From assembly GCA_051117635.1 (NCBI GenBank), contig JBNPEH010000005.1:110261-174260 (forward strand): a stretch of 64,000 bases of DNA, in the 5' to 3' direction. The notes under the pieces were generated by a model. It did not search any database and was not told the origin of the DNA. It was given only the letters and a program-made list of their open reading frames with translations. Within the stretch, counting starts at the first letter, position 1. Each line of letters starts with the position of its first letter. This document shows, piece by piece, positions 17,541 to 28,119 of the stretch. Source of the stretch: Opitutales bacterium. Lineage in GTDB: Bacteria > Verrucomicrobiota > Verrucomicrobiia > Opitutales > JABSRG01. Both the position numbers and the translations under genes were made by a program.

Positions 17541-19042
17541 TGCCCGAGCCCCCGGATGCCGTAGTAGACCTCGCCCGTGCGCAGGTCCTGCTTAAACCGA
17601 CGCAGGTCGGTCGTCTCATCGATGATCACGCACTCCACACCGGCCATTTCAGCCAGCAATTCGATCTGCTCGACCCCCACATCGAAGCTGAACGCGGTGT
17701 GATGAGCGCCCCCGGCCTGGATCCAGGCCTCGGCCGCCGTCGCCAGCTCAGGCTTTGCATCCCAGAGCACGCGGGCCACCGGGAGCTTCGGCGCCGGCTC
17801 GGGCAGTGGCTCGCTCTCGACCGCATTCACCAGCAGCCGGAACCGGTTGCCCAGATCCACCAGCGAGGCGTTGATGGCCGGCCCGACCTTGCCGTCGAAG
17901 ACCAGCCGGACGGGATCCGCCTTGCCTCCGATGTCGAGCGGATGGATCTCGCAGCGCGGCGTTTCGGCAGCGATCGATGGGCAGATTTCCAGCATGTGCG
18001 CGCCCAGGCAACGAGCGCCCGCCGGATCAAAATGATAGGTGTAGTCTTCCATGAAGGATGCGCCACGCCCCTGCGTGCCGCCCATCACCTTCAGGACGTG
18101 GACCAGCGCGGCATGCTTCCAGTCACCCTCCGCCCCGAAACCGTACCCGGCCGCCATCAGCCGCTGGACGGGCAGCCCGGGCAGCTGCGCCAGCCCGTGC
18201 AGGTCTTCGAAGGTGTCGGTGAAGGCACCGAAGCCGCCTGTTTCCAGAAAGCGCCGCAGCCCGGCCTCGATCCGCGCCGCCTCCCGCAGCGAGTCATGCC
18301 GGTCGCCCCCCCGGGCCAGTTCGGGAGCCAGCGCATAGGTATCCGCATATTCGATACACAGATCGTCGATCTCGGCCTCGCTTACGGCGTCGACAACTTC
18401 CACCAGGTCCCCCACGCCGTGCGTGTTGACAGACAGACCGAAGACCTGCTCGGCCTCCACCTTGTCGCCCTCCGTCACCGCCACCTGGCGCATGTTGTCG
18501 CCAAACCGGACGACCTTCAGCGATTGCAGGGCGGCCCAGCCGGCGGCGACCGCGGCCCACTCCGCCAGTTGTCCCCGCACCTCCGGCGCCTCCCAGTGGC
18601 CGACAATCACCCGCCGCGCCCGCCGCAGTCGGGTCAGCAAATGCCCGAATTCCCGCCCCCCGTGCGCCGACTGGTTCAGGTTCATGAAATCCATGTCAAT
18701 CGTGGACCAGGGGATATCCCGGTTGAACTGCGTGTGCAGGTGGCAGATCGGCTTGGTCAGGCGTTGCATGCCGCCGATCCACATTTTGGCGGGTGAAAAG
18801 GTGTGCATCCAGGTGATCACCCCGGCGCAGGCCGGATCCGCGCTGGCCGACACGCAGGCATCCCGGATTTCCTCGGGCGTGGTCAGGATGGGCTTGAAGC
18901 GGATGGCTGCCGGGATGGCCGCATCGGCATCGAGCGCCCGGGCAATCGTCTCCGCGTTGCGGGCCACCTCTTCGAGGGCTTCCGGTCCGTAAAGGTGTTG
19001 GCTGCCGGTCAGTAACCAGATCTCAGGGGGGGGCGGGGGCAT
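17537..19042 (-). CDS. araA: L-arabinose isomerase
   Basis: ATG at 19042 inside track ORF 17537..19138(-): [37 protein letters not shown]...[11 protein letters not shown]...HGGREFGH. Confidence 0.9.
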   Translation of the reverse strand: MPPPPPEIWLLTGSQHLYGPEALEEVARNAETIARALDADAAIPAAIRFKPILTTPEEIRDACVSASADPACAGVITWMHTFSPAKMWIGGMQRLTKPICHLHTQFNRDIPWSTIDMDFMNLNQSAHGGREFGHLLTRLRRARRVIVGHWEAPEVRGQLAEWAAVAAGWAALQSLKVVRFGDNMRQVAVTEGDKVEAEQVFGLSVNTHGVGDLVEVVDAVSEAEIDDLCIEYADTYALAPELARGGDRHDSLREAARIEAGLRRFLETGGFGAFTDTFEDLHGLAQLPGLPVQRLMAAGYGFGAEGDWKHAALVHVLKVMGGTQGRGASFMEDYTYHFDPAGARCLGAHMLEICPSIAAETPRCEIHPLDIGGKADPVRLVFDGKVGPAINASLVDLGNRFRLLVNAVESEPLPEPAPKLPVARVLWDAKPELATAAEAWIQAGGAHHTAFSFDVGVEQIELLAEMAGVECVIIDETTDLRRFKQDLRTGEVYYGIRGLGQ

Positions 19043-19174
19043 GGGTAAAAACCTAGAGGACCGGTGTCCGCCCTGACAACCGCTGCGTACGCGCACCCGC
19101 CTTACCTTTTCCTGTTTTCCGCTTGATCCGCACCCCACCCCCGCCTTTCTTCTCCCTTTCGCCTGATTCGCGAC

Positions 19175-19250
19175 GGGTCACTAGCTCAATTGGTAGAGCA
19201 GCGGACTCTTAATCCGTTGGTTCTGGGTTCGAGTCCCAGGTGGCCTACCA
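19175..19250 (+). tRNA. tRNA-Lys (anticodon CUU), CCA encoded
   Basis: I folded the cloverleaf by hand. Acceptor GGGTCAC/GTGGCCT. D arm GCTC-AATTGGTA-GAGC. Anticodon arm GCGGA-CTCTTAA-TCCGT. Variable loop TGGTT. T arm CTGGG-TTCGAGT-CCCAG. Discriminator A, then CCA. Confidence 0.9.
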
Positions 19251-19412
19251 GGCTTCGTTCCGTTCCGAGCAAAGCGAGCAACGAAGCCGGCCTCGGCGGC
19301 ACAGGGAAGGAACCGACGGGAACCGGAGAACAAACTGACTGCGGCTCAATCGCGGAGCAGGACAAATCACGAGGGGTATGTGAGAAGGCCAGACCAGCGC
19401 GGATATTTGAAG

Positions 19413-20147
19413 TCAGGCCCTGGTTCGCCTTCTCCGGTAAAGCAACCCCGCCGAAACGACCAGCCCCAGGAAGAGACCAGAGGTTTCCGCTTCAGGAATA
19501 GCCGTAGCCACGACACCTGGAGACCCGATGTTGCCTGCCTCAAAATTCGCGGTCGCCGTGGACGTTACCGCCCCGTCCGTACCTACCGAAGAGAGCGCCC
19601 AATTGGACCCGTCGTCATTGGAGGTCTGATCGAAAAAGCCCGCCAGGACATAGATCGATTCGCCGTTGGCAGAGTCAGGCCAGTCGGTGGACGAATTTCC
19701 GCCTGGGTTTTCGTAGTTGGCCCAATCGACGGGATTACCGAGGTCGTCCACAATATGGAGCGTTTCATTGGTCGAACCCGGACTTCCGTTTGCGAGATTT
19801 CCCCAATTGCCGATACCCAGGGAAAAGATGGTCGCGGTGGCGGCGGTGCTCCATGCACTTTTAAAGTCCGTCTCCGGAACCTCCGTAATGATGCCCACTT
19901 CACCGGGTGCCAGCGATCCCGATAGTGTCCCCCAATCGCCAGCATTCGCATCCTCGTCATTCAGCTTCCAACCGGTCACATCCACGGTGGAAGACCCGCT
20001 GTTGTATATTTCCACCCACTCCTGACTGCCATCGGCACCGGAAGCATTATACAATATCTCGGTTATTACGATGGCCCCATTCAGCGAGGAAACAGCAAAA
20101 GCCAGACCGGCAAACAGCGGAAAACAACATTTCAGGATCAAAGACAT
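19413..20147 (-). CDS. Secreted lamin-tail-domain (LTD) protein with PEP-CTERM-type sorting signal
   Basis: 244 aa with a signal peptide (CCFPLFAGLAFAVSSLNG). LTD-like motifs are present (ITEILYNASGADGSQEWVEIYNSGSSTVDVTGWKLND). The C-terminus is IPEAETSGLFLGLVVSAGLLYRRRRTRA. Codon usage is atypical, with many NNT/NNA codons. Confidence 0.75.
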   Translation of the reverse strand: MSLILKCCFPLFAGLAFAVSSLNGAIVITEILYNASGADGSQEWVEIYNSGSSTVDVTGWKLNDEDANAGDWGTLSGSLAPGEVGIITEVPETDFKSAWSTAATATIFSLGIGNWGNLANGSPGSTNETLHIVDDLGNPVDWANYENPGGNSSTDWPDSANGESIYVLAGFFDQTSNDDGSNWALSSVGTDGAVTSTATANFEAGNIGSPGVVATAIPEAETSGLFLGLVVSAGLLYRRRRTRA

Positions 20148-20285
20148 GATAGGGTTAAACAGTTTTTTTAATACGCGGTCAACGGCGAAGATGTTATGAT
20201 ATCATTAAATTTAACATATTGTTTATATGTCTATTTCCGGCTAACCCGGTTTCACTAACTTAACAGCGTTTTCATCGGTATCGCT

Positions 20286-20422
20286 ATCGAAATCGCTATC
20301 GACGAAGCGAAGCGGAGATGGCGTATGCAAATCGATTCTGTAAGCTTTTATAAAATAGATGCTTATGCATATTCGATCCCGATTTGCTTACGCCATCTCC
20401 GCTTCGCTCCGTCGATTTCGAT
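20286..20422. repeat. Large imperfect palindromic element (arms of about 47-50 nt, AT-rich 40-nt centre)
   Basis: Left arm is ATCGAAATCGCTATCGACGAAGCGAAGCGGAGATGGCGTATGCAAATCGAT. The reverse complement of the right arm is ATCGAAATCG-----ACGGAGCGAAGCGGAGATGGCGTAAGCAAATCGGGAT. Confidence 0.7.
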
Positions 20423-20476
20423 CCCGATTTGGATCAGGACCCTTAAGTTAGCGCCATTCCAATCAGCCCCTCCCCC

Positions 20477-20507
20477 AAAAGGGCGTCCCCGGAGATGGGG
20501 ACGCCCT
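20477..20507 (-). terminator. Probable intrinsic terminator of katG
   Basis: The minus strand reads AGGGCGTCCCC-ATCTCC-GGGGACGCCCT, an 11-bp perfect stem, followed by TTT. It lies 30 nt after the katG stop. The short T-run lowers confidence. Confidence 0.5.
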
Positions 20508-20537
20508 CGTTAAAGGAGTCCGGATGAGTCAATCGGG

Positions 20538-22847
<2,310 letters not shown>

Positions 22848-23150
22848 TTATTGATGCGCGAAGCCGTTTCGGGGTTCAACCCTGCAACCGCTTTCGAGGG
22901 CATAACTACCCAGGCGGGCGCGGGTATCAGGCAGATTCAACCCCGGATAACCCGAGCTGATGCCGACGGGTACCCGCCTCCGGTCGGGGCCCGGAACAGC
23001 CGAATCTTGTGATCCAGGCGAGCGCATTCCCCCCGTACCGCCGGAACGCAATAATCGGGTTGCCTGCATTCCCGGGGTTCCTGGGTTAACCCCTCCTCCA
23101 GGCCGGGATGTGACCTTGCACAGCACCCAGGTCCGGCCTACCACCAGACA

Positions 23151-24392
23151 ATGGCCACGGATACGGCAGGATTCGGGAAAGAGAAAACGGGCGTCGGCGT
23201 CCGCCTGGTGATGGTCCTCTTCGGGCTGCCGTTCCTCGCCGCGGGCCTTGGTTTCCTGTGGTTCGGCGGAGTCAGTCCGCTGATCACCAGCATTCAGGCC
23301 CAGGCCTGGCCTCAGGTCACCTGCACCATCCTGGAATCCCAGGTCATCCGGTCTTCGAGCTCGGACGGCACCAGCTATCGGCCGCACATCGTATTCGAGT
23401 ACGTCTGGACCGGCACCCGGTACACCAGTGATCAGGCAACCGTGGTGAAGCATTCATCCGACGACCGCCAGGGCGCCCGGAAACAGGTCGAGGCCCATCC
23501 GGTGGGTGGTACTGCTCGTTGCTTTGTGAACCCGAACGATCCGTCCAGGGCGATTCTGGACGTGTCTTTGCCCGGCCTGGTCTGGTTCATCATACCCTTC
23601 TCTTCTGTTTTCGTCCTGCTTGGCGGCGGCATCGTCCTTGCCGGACTGGGGATTTTGCCGGATCCGCGATACCGGCGGCTCCACCGTAAAATCAGTGCGG
23701 CGAAAGCCTCCGAACCGAGTGCGGACAACCCGATACGCGGCCTGCCCGCCTACGATCCCAACGAGCGTGACTACCGGACCTTGATGCCCGAAGCGGGACC
23801 GGTTGCCAAGTTTGCCGTTATCCTGGGCTTCGCGCTTTTTTGGAACGGCATCGTCAGCGTTTTTGTCTACCAGGTTGTCAGGGACTTCTCTCGGGGGGAC
23901 GGCTCCTGGTTTTTCGCCTTGTTCATTTCCATTTTTGTCGGGGTCGGGCTGCTCCTGATCGGCGCGGTGGTTTACCAGTTTCTCGCGTTGTTCAATCCGC
24001 GATACACCTTGACGGCGGAACCCGGGCTGCCCCGGCCCGGCGAGACCGTGCGCATCAGCTTTCGGTGCCGGGGAAATTTCCGTCGATTACGACGGCTAAC
24101 CATCACCCTCGAAGGCAAAGAAGTGGCGCGCTATCGACAAGGCAGCAGCACGCGCACCCTGAGTGAGCCCTTCAACCAGCAGGTGTTGTTCGACGAGCGG
24201 GAAACCCAGCGGTTCGGGGCCGGCACCCTTACCGGCACGATTCCGGCCGACAGTTACCCGAGTTTCAAGGCCAGGCATAACGAAATCGTCTGGCAACTGA
24301 CGGTAAACGGGGACGTTCCCCGATGGCCCGATGTGGACAGCACCTACCCCATCATCGTCCTGCCCGACAATCCCCACAGCCACCATGAGTGA
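23151..24392 (+). CDS. Four-TM membrane protein: N-terminal DUF3592-type domain plus C-terminal arrestin-N/Spo0M-like beta-sandwich
   Basis: 413 aa. The segment TM1 - beta-rich domain (WPQVTCTILESQVIRSSSSDGTSYRPHIVFEYVWTGTRYTSDQ...ARCFVNPNDPSRAILD) - TM2 fits the DUF3592 pattern. Two further TMs follow. The C-terminal domain ends in GTLTGTIPADSYPSFKARHNEIVWQLTVNG. Confidence 0.7.
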   Translation: MATDTAGFGKEKTGVGVRLVMVLFGLPFLAAGLGFLWFGGVSPLITSIQAQAWPQVTCTILESQVIRSSSSDGTSYRPHIVFEYVWTGTRYTSDQATVVKHSSDDRQGARKQVEAHPVGGTARCFVNPNDPSRAILDVSLPGLVWFIIPFSSVFVLLGGGIVLAGLGILPDPRYRRLHRKISAAKASEPSADNPIRGLPAYDPNERDYRTLMPEAGPVAKFAVILGFALFWNGIVSVFVYQVVRDFSRGDGSWFFALFISIFVGVGLLLIGAVVYQFLALFNPRYTLTAEPGLPRPGETVRISFRCRGNFRRLRRLTITLEGKEVARYRQGSSTRTLSEPFNQQVLFDERETQRFGAGTLTGTIPADSYPSFKARHNEIVWQLTVNGDVPRWPDVDSTYPIIVLPDNPHSHHE

Positions 24393-24771
24393 GTCCGCCA
24401 ACCAGTTTCTGATCGATTGCCCGGTGACCGCCTGCGAACCCGGCAGCACGCTCGAAGGCACGGCCTACTGGGATTTAACGGAGCCTCCCGAGGTCGTTTA
24501 CATCCGCACCGTCTGGTGGACCGAGGGCCGGGGCGATCGAGACGAGGCCATCATCGACCTGAAGGAATGGACGACCGGCAGCACCGTGGGCAAAGAGGCT
24601 TTTCGGGTTACCCTGCCCGATTGGCCCTGCAGCTTTTCGGGCAAGTTGATCTCCCTTTGCTGGGGTATTGTCCTCGAGGCCCAAAGGGGGGATGTCCCAC
24701 CGGTGGTTCACCGCCTGACGGTCGGTCCCGGCGGTCGGGAAACCATCCTGCATACGGAGGTCGAGTCGTGA
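24385..24771 (+). CDS. Small soluble arrestin-N-like protein (paralog of the upstream C-terminal domain)
   Basis: ATG at 24385 inside track ORF 24331..24771; 8-nt overlap with the upstream gene. Motifs: PGSTLEGTAYWDL...FRVTLPDWPCSFSGKLISLCWGIVLEA. Confidence 0.6.
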   Translation: MSESANQFLIDCPVTACEPGSTLEGTAYWDLTEPPEVVYIRTVWWTEGRGDRDEAIIDLKEWTTGSTVGKEAFRVTLPDWPCSFSGKLISLCWGIVLEAQRGDVPPVVHRLTVGPGGRETILHTEVES

Positions 24772-24844
24772 CTGCGGCGGGCCAGGCTCCGGATGCACGC
24801 CCCGCCGCACCACCACCGTCACCCGATACCCTGTTCCGCACCTG

Positions 24845-25486
24845 ATGCCCCTGCTGGCCCGCCACAACCCCTTCCGTACCAGTCGGCTCGACCGACTGCC
24901 GGTGGAGATCGCCCCGGAGGCCTGGGCCTGGTTCACGGCCGCTGTCGGTGCCCGCCAGGGCCGGGGAGCGTTCATTGGGCCCAAAGGCAGCGGCAAAAGC
25001 ACCTGGCTGAAGGCCTGGCGCGATCACTGTATCCAGGTCGGCGATACGGTTTATTCGGATAAGCTTCGCGACGAGTCCTCGGCCCGGGAGCTTTGCCGGC
25101 TGTTTCGCCGGGTCGCCGCCCTGCCGGCCGACACCTGGCTGCTGATCGACGGCGGGGAACGCCTCGGCCCGTTGGCGGACGGGTGGCTTTGCCGGATCCT
25201 GCGTCCGCGAGGCCGCCTGCTGATGACCCGACACACGCCCGGCAACCTGCCCGCCCTTCCCTATGCCCCGGCGACCTTCGAACAGGCGCGCAGGTGGGTG
25301 GATCACCTGCTCGGCGGGAATCCTGAGGGCCTTGCTTCCCTACCCGACCTGCAGGCTTGCTGGGCCCGAAATCCGGGCGACGCGCGCGCCTTGTTCGAGG
25401 CCTGTTACCTGGGTCTGGCTCAAGGGGAATCCATTGTCATCAGCGGGCCAAACCCTTTCGCTCGTCCACCATGCCGGAACTATTGA
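24845..25486 (+). CDS. Minimal P-loop NTPase, family unassigned
   Basis: 213 aa. Walker A is GPKGSGKST. Walker B-like motif is TWLLIDGGE. I recognise no other domain. Confidence 0.65.
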   Translation: MPLLARHNPFRTSRLDRLPVEIAPEAWAWFTAAVGARQGRGAFIGPKGSGKSTWLKAWRDHCIQVGDTVYSDKLRDESSARELCRLFRRVAALPADTWLLIDGGERLGPLADGWLCRILRPRGRLLMTRHTPGNLPALPYAPATFEQARRWVDHLLGGNPEGLASLPDLQACWARNPGDARALFEACYLGLAQGESIVISGPNPFARPPCRNY

Positions 25487-26184
25487 GTGTCATTCTTCTT
25501 GCCTGGGGAGCGGGCCTGGCCGCCTGGATCGGCGGGCTGGGGGCTCATGCCGAGACCTTTCCCGATTCAAAACTGAAACAGGACATTCTCTTCGGTATCG
25601 TGGCCTTTGGGGGTGGTATCCTGATGGCGGCCGTGGCTTTTGCTCTATTGCCTCAGGGAAAAAACCATCTCTCCCCTGTCTGGGTATTCAGCCTGTTCTG
25701 TCTGGGTGGCATCGGGTTCTGCTCTCTGGACGTTTGGATGGCCCGACGCGGGGGGTCGAAGGCCCAGTTTACGGCTATGGTGGTGGATTTCATGCCCGAA
25801 GCAATGGCGATGGGTGCGGTCTGTGGGGTGGAACCCAGGCTGGCCTTTCTCCTGGCCGGTTTCATCGCCGCCCAAAACCTCCCCGAGGGATTCAATGCTT
25901 ACCGGGAAATGCGGGAACAGGGCTCATCGGGAAGACCGATCCTCAGCCTGCTCCTTGCCGCCACTTTTCTCGGTCCCATTGCGGCGGCTCTGGGCTACTT
26001 GTTTCTTGAGGACGCACCCATCTTTACAGCCGGGCTGATGACCATTGCCGGGGGAGGCATTGTGTATCTGGTTTTCCAGGACATCGCACCCAAGGCGGGA
26101 CAGCAGCGAGCCTGGACCCCGACGCTGGGCGCGGTACTCGGTTTCGGCACAGGCCTGTTGGGCAGCATGCTTCTTCACGGCTGA
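25471..26184 (+). CDS. ZIP-family divalent metal transporter (ZupT-like)
   Basis: ATG at 25471 inside track ORF 25357..26184. It is polytopic, with ZIP-type motifs (FMPEAMAMGAV, AAQNLPEGFNAY, GGGIVYLVFQDIAP). The start overlaps the P-loop gene by 16 nt. Confidence 0.8.
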   Translation: MPELLSVILLAWGAGLAAWIGGLGAHAETFPDSKLKQDILFGIVAFGGGILMAAVAFALLPQGKNHLSPVWVFSLFCLGGIGFCSLDVWMARRGGSKAQFTAMVVDFMPEAMAMGAVCGVEPRLAFLLAGFIAAQNLPEGFNAYREMREQGSSGRPILSLLLAATFLGPIAAALGYLFLEDAPIFTAGLMTIAGGGIVYLVFQDIAPKAGQQRAWTPTLGAVLGFGTGLLGSMLLHG

Positions 26185-26361
26185 GCCCGTTGCCGGGTCC
26201 CAGGGCTCATTGCCCCGCGGGCGTCACCCTTCAACTCGCTCAGGGTTTCAAACAAGCGACGCCCCTACGAAGCGGGCTTCCGGTGCCCGGCTTAGGCGCG
26301 GGCCTCCCCGTAGCGCCCCTGCGGTTGTTCTCAAGAACGAGAGCCACCCCTGGAAATGCCC

Positions 26362-27696
26362 TCAGCTCTGGTACGGCACGCCCGGCACCTCGGGTGTCCC
26401 GTGCGGCTGCGAATAGTGCTGGCCGAAGAAGTCCTCGCTGTTGAGGCACCAGGCATGCAGGCGCTGGCGCATGTCCTGGAGCACCTCGCGGTAACGCCCC
26501 TCGATAGCGAGGTTCACCTGCTCACCGGGATCGGAGCCCCGGTCGAAGAGCTGTTCCCGGTTTTCCCCGAGTTTGTAGCAGACGTATTTGAAGGCGTCGG
26601 TGAGGACAGCCCGGCCTTCCGAATGGGAGCCATTGTTGAATTCGATGACCAGCTCGTCGTGGTCGGGTCCGCTGTCGGAGGCATCGGCGAGCCAGGGCGA
26701 CAGGTCGTTGCCTGCCAGACCGGCCGGCGCATCGATACCGGCGAGGCTGCAGAGCGTCGGCATCAGGTCGAGCCCGTTGCTGACCAGGTTGTCGACGGTC
26801 CGGCCGGGGCGGTCCACGCCCGGTCCGCTGATGATCAGTGGCACGCGAGCGCTCTCGTCATAGGCGGTCTGTTTGTGCCCGAGCTGGTGCGCTCCCGCCA
26901 TCTCGCCGTGGTCGCTGGTGAAGATGACCCAGGTGTCGCGCTCATAGCCGGCGACCTTCAGCCCTTCGAGGATGCGGGAAATTTCGGTGTCCACCTTTTC
27001 ACACAACCGGAACAGGACATGGCGGTATTCGCGCCAGCGATCCGGCGAGAACGCCAGACGACGGCGGGCCCCAGCCAGACCGGGGTCGCGCTCCTGCAAC
27101 CCGATGGCCTCGGGCTCGTAGGGATCGCGGGCAAAGTTGGCGGGCAGGTTGGGCCAGGTGTCGCGGTTGCCGCGGTCCACCTCACCCCAGGGCAGATTCT
27201 GGTTACGCCCGTGCTCGCAGATGTTGTGCGGGTTGTCGAAATTGACCGCCAGGAGGAAGGGCTGCGCGCCATCATGCTCCTGAAAAAACTCGGTACAGCT
27301 GCGCGCGAGCTGGTTGTCGTCGAAGCCGCAGATCTTCCGCCAGCCGAACCCGGTTGCGGGCATGGCGATCTCCGGCACGTGCCATTTCCCGGCGTAGGCA
27401 CAGGTGTAGCCCCGGTCGGCGAACCAGCTGCCCATTTCCTGGGGTTTCAAGGCTTCGGGCCATTCGCCTTTCAGCGAATGAAAGCCGTGCTCCACCGGGT
27501 GTCGTCCGCTGTAGATACTGGCCCGGGACGGTGTGCAGACCGGGTGCGTGCAATAGGCCGAGGTGAACCGCACGCCCTGCCTGGCGATCTGGTCCATAAA
27601 CGGCGTATGCAGGTTGTCGTTGCCGGCGCAACTCAACGCATCATGCGGCTGCTGATCGGTGACGATCAGGAGGATGTTGGGACGGTCCTGAGGCAT
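26362..27696 (-). CDS. Cys-type sulfatase (formylglycine-dependent), no signal peptide seen
   Basis: 444 aa: MPQDRPNILLIVTDQQPHD...CTHPVCTPSRASIYSGRHP, the C-x-P-S-R signature. The protein starts directly at the conserved core. Confidence 0.88.
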   Translation of the reverse strand: MPQDRPNILLIVTDQQPHDALSCAGNDNLHTPFMDQIARQGVRFTSAYCTHPVCTPSRASIYSGRHPVEHGFHSLKGEWPEALKPQEMGSWFADRGYTCAYAGKWHVPEIAMPATGFGWRKICGFDDNQLARSCTEFFQEHDGAQPFLLAVNFDNPHNICEHGRNQNLPWGEVDRGNRDTWPNLPANFARDPYEPEAIGLQERDPGLAGARRRLAFSPDRWREYRHVLFRLCEKVDTEISRILEGLKVAGYERDTWVIFTSDHGEMAGAHQLGHKQTAYDESARVPLIISGPGVDRPGRTVDNLVSNGLDLMPTLCSLAGIDAPAGLAGNDLSPWLADASDSGPDHDELVIEFNNGSHSEGRAVLTDAFKYVCYKLGENREQLFDRGSDPGEQVNLAIEGRYREVLQDMRQRLHAWCLNSEDFFGQHYSQPHGTPEVPGVPYQS

Positions 27697-27774
27697 GCCC
27701 CATCCCAGCCGAAGCGGGAGGCCCGGCGCAAGCTCGGGGCGAACCCCAAGCAGGGACGAACGCCTGGCGTGCGC

Positions 27775-27865
27775 CCGTGGCCGCGCCTTCAGGCGTGGTT
27801 GATTACGGTCGGAGCGTCCTGCTGTATCCCAAAACGGCTGTCCACGCCTGAAGGCGCGGCCACGG
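27775..27865. repeat. Perfect 24-bp inverted repeat with a 43-nt spacer
   Basis: 27775-27798 (CCGTGGCCGCGCCTTCAGGCGTGG) is the exact reverse complement of 27842-27865. A further 7-bp hairpin, GTCCCGC-AGAGA-GCGGGAC, lies at 27871-27889. Confidence 0.85.
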
Positions 27866-28119
27866 ATGCTGTCCCGCAGAGAGCGGGACTTCGGAGTGCG
27901 GTAGCCATATTTCCGCCTTTTTTAAATCCAGGAAACAAGGTGTGCGACAACTCCAAGCCAACATGGGGGCGATGGCTTGCTCAAAGGCGGCGGCATGGCC
28001 GCCGCACTCTACGGTCCGGCGATGCCGGACGGCCGCATCTGTAGGGCTGCCGCTTGCGGCACGCCGACGGACCTGAGGGTGAGGACAAGCGCTGGCTTTA
28101 GAATCGCCTACAACGCAAC

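Noticed and set aside
20196-20214. Two abutting perfect 10-bp palindromes (ATGATATCAT, TTAAATTTAA) about 50-70 nt upstream of the LTD gene, considered as a regulator binding site.
   Set aside because: Short palindromes are common by chance, especially in AT-rich low-complexity DNA. I have no second copy or known motif to support a call.
20325-20513. 62-codon ORF (MQIDSVSFYKIDAYAYS...) inside the palindromic element and the katG terminator.
   Set aside because: It spans the AT-rich loop, the right arm of the palindrome and the terminator hairpin. Its composition is non-coding-like.
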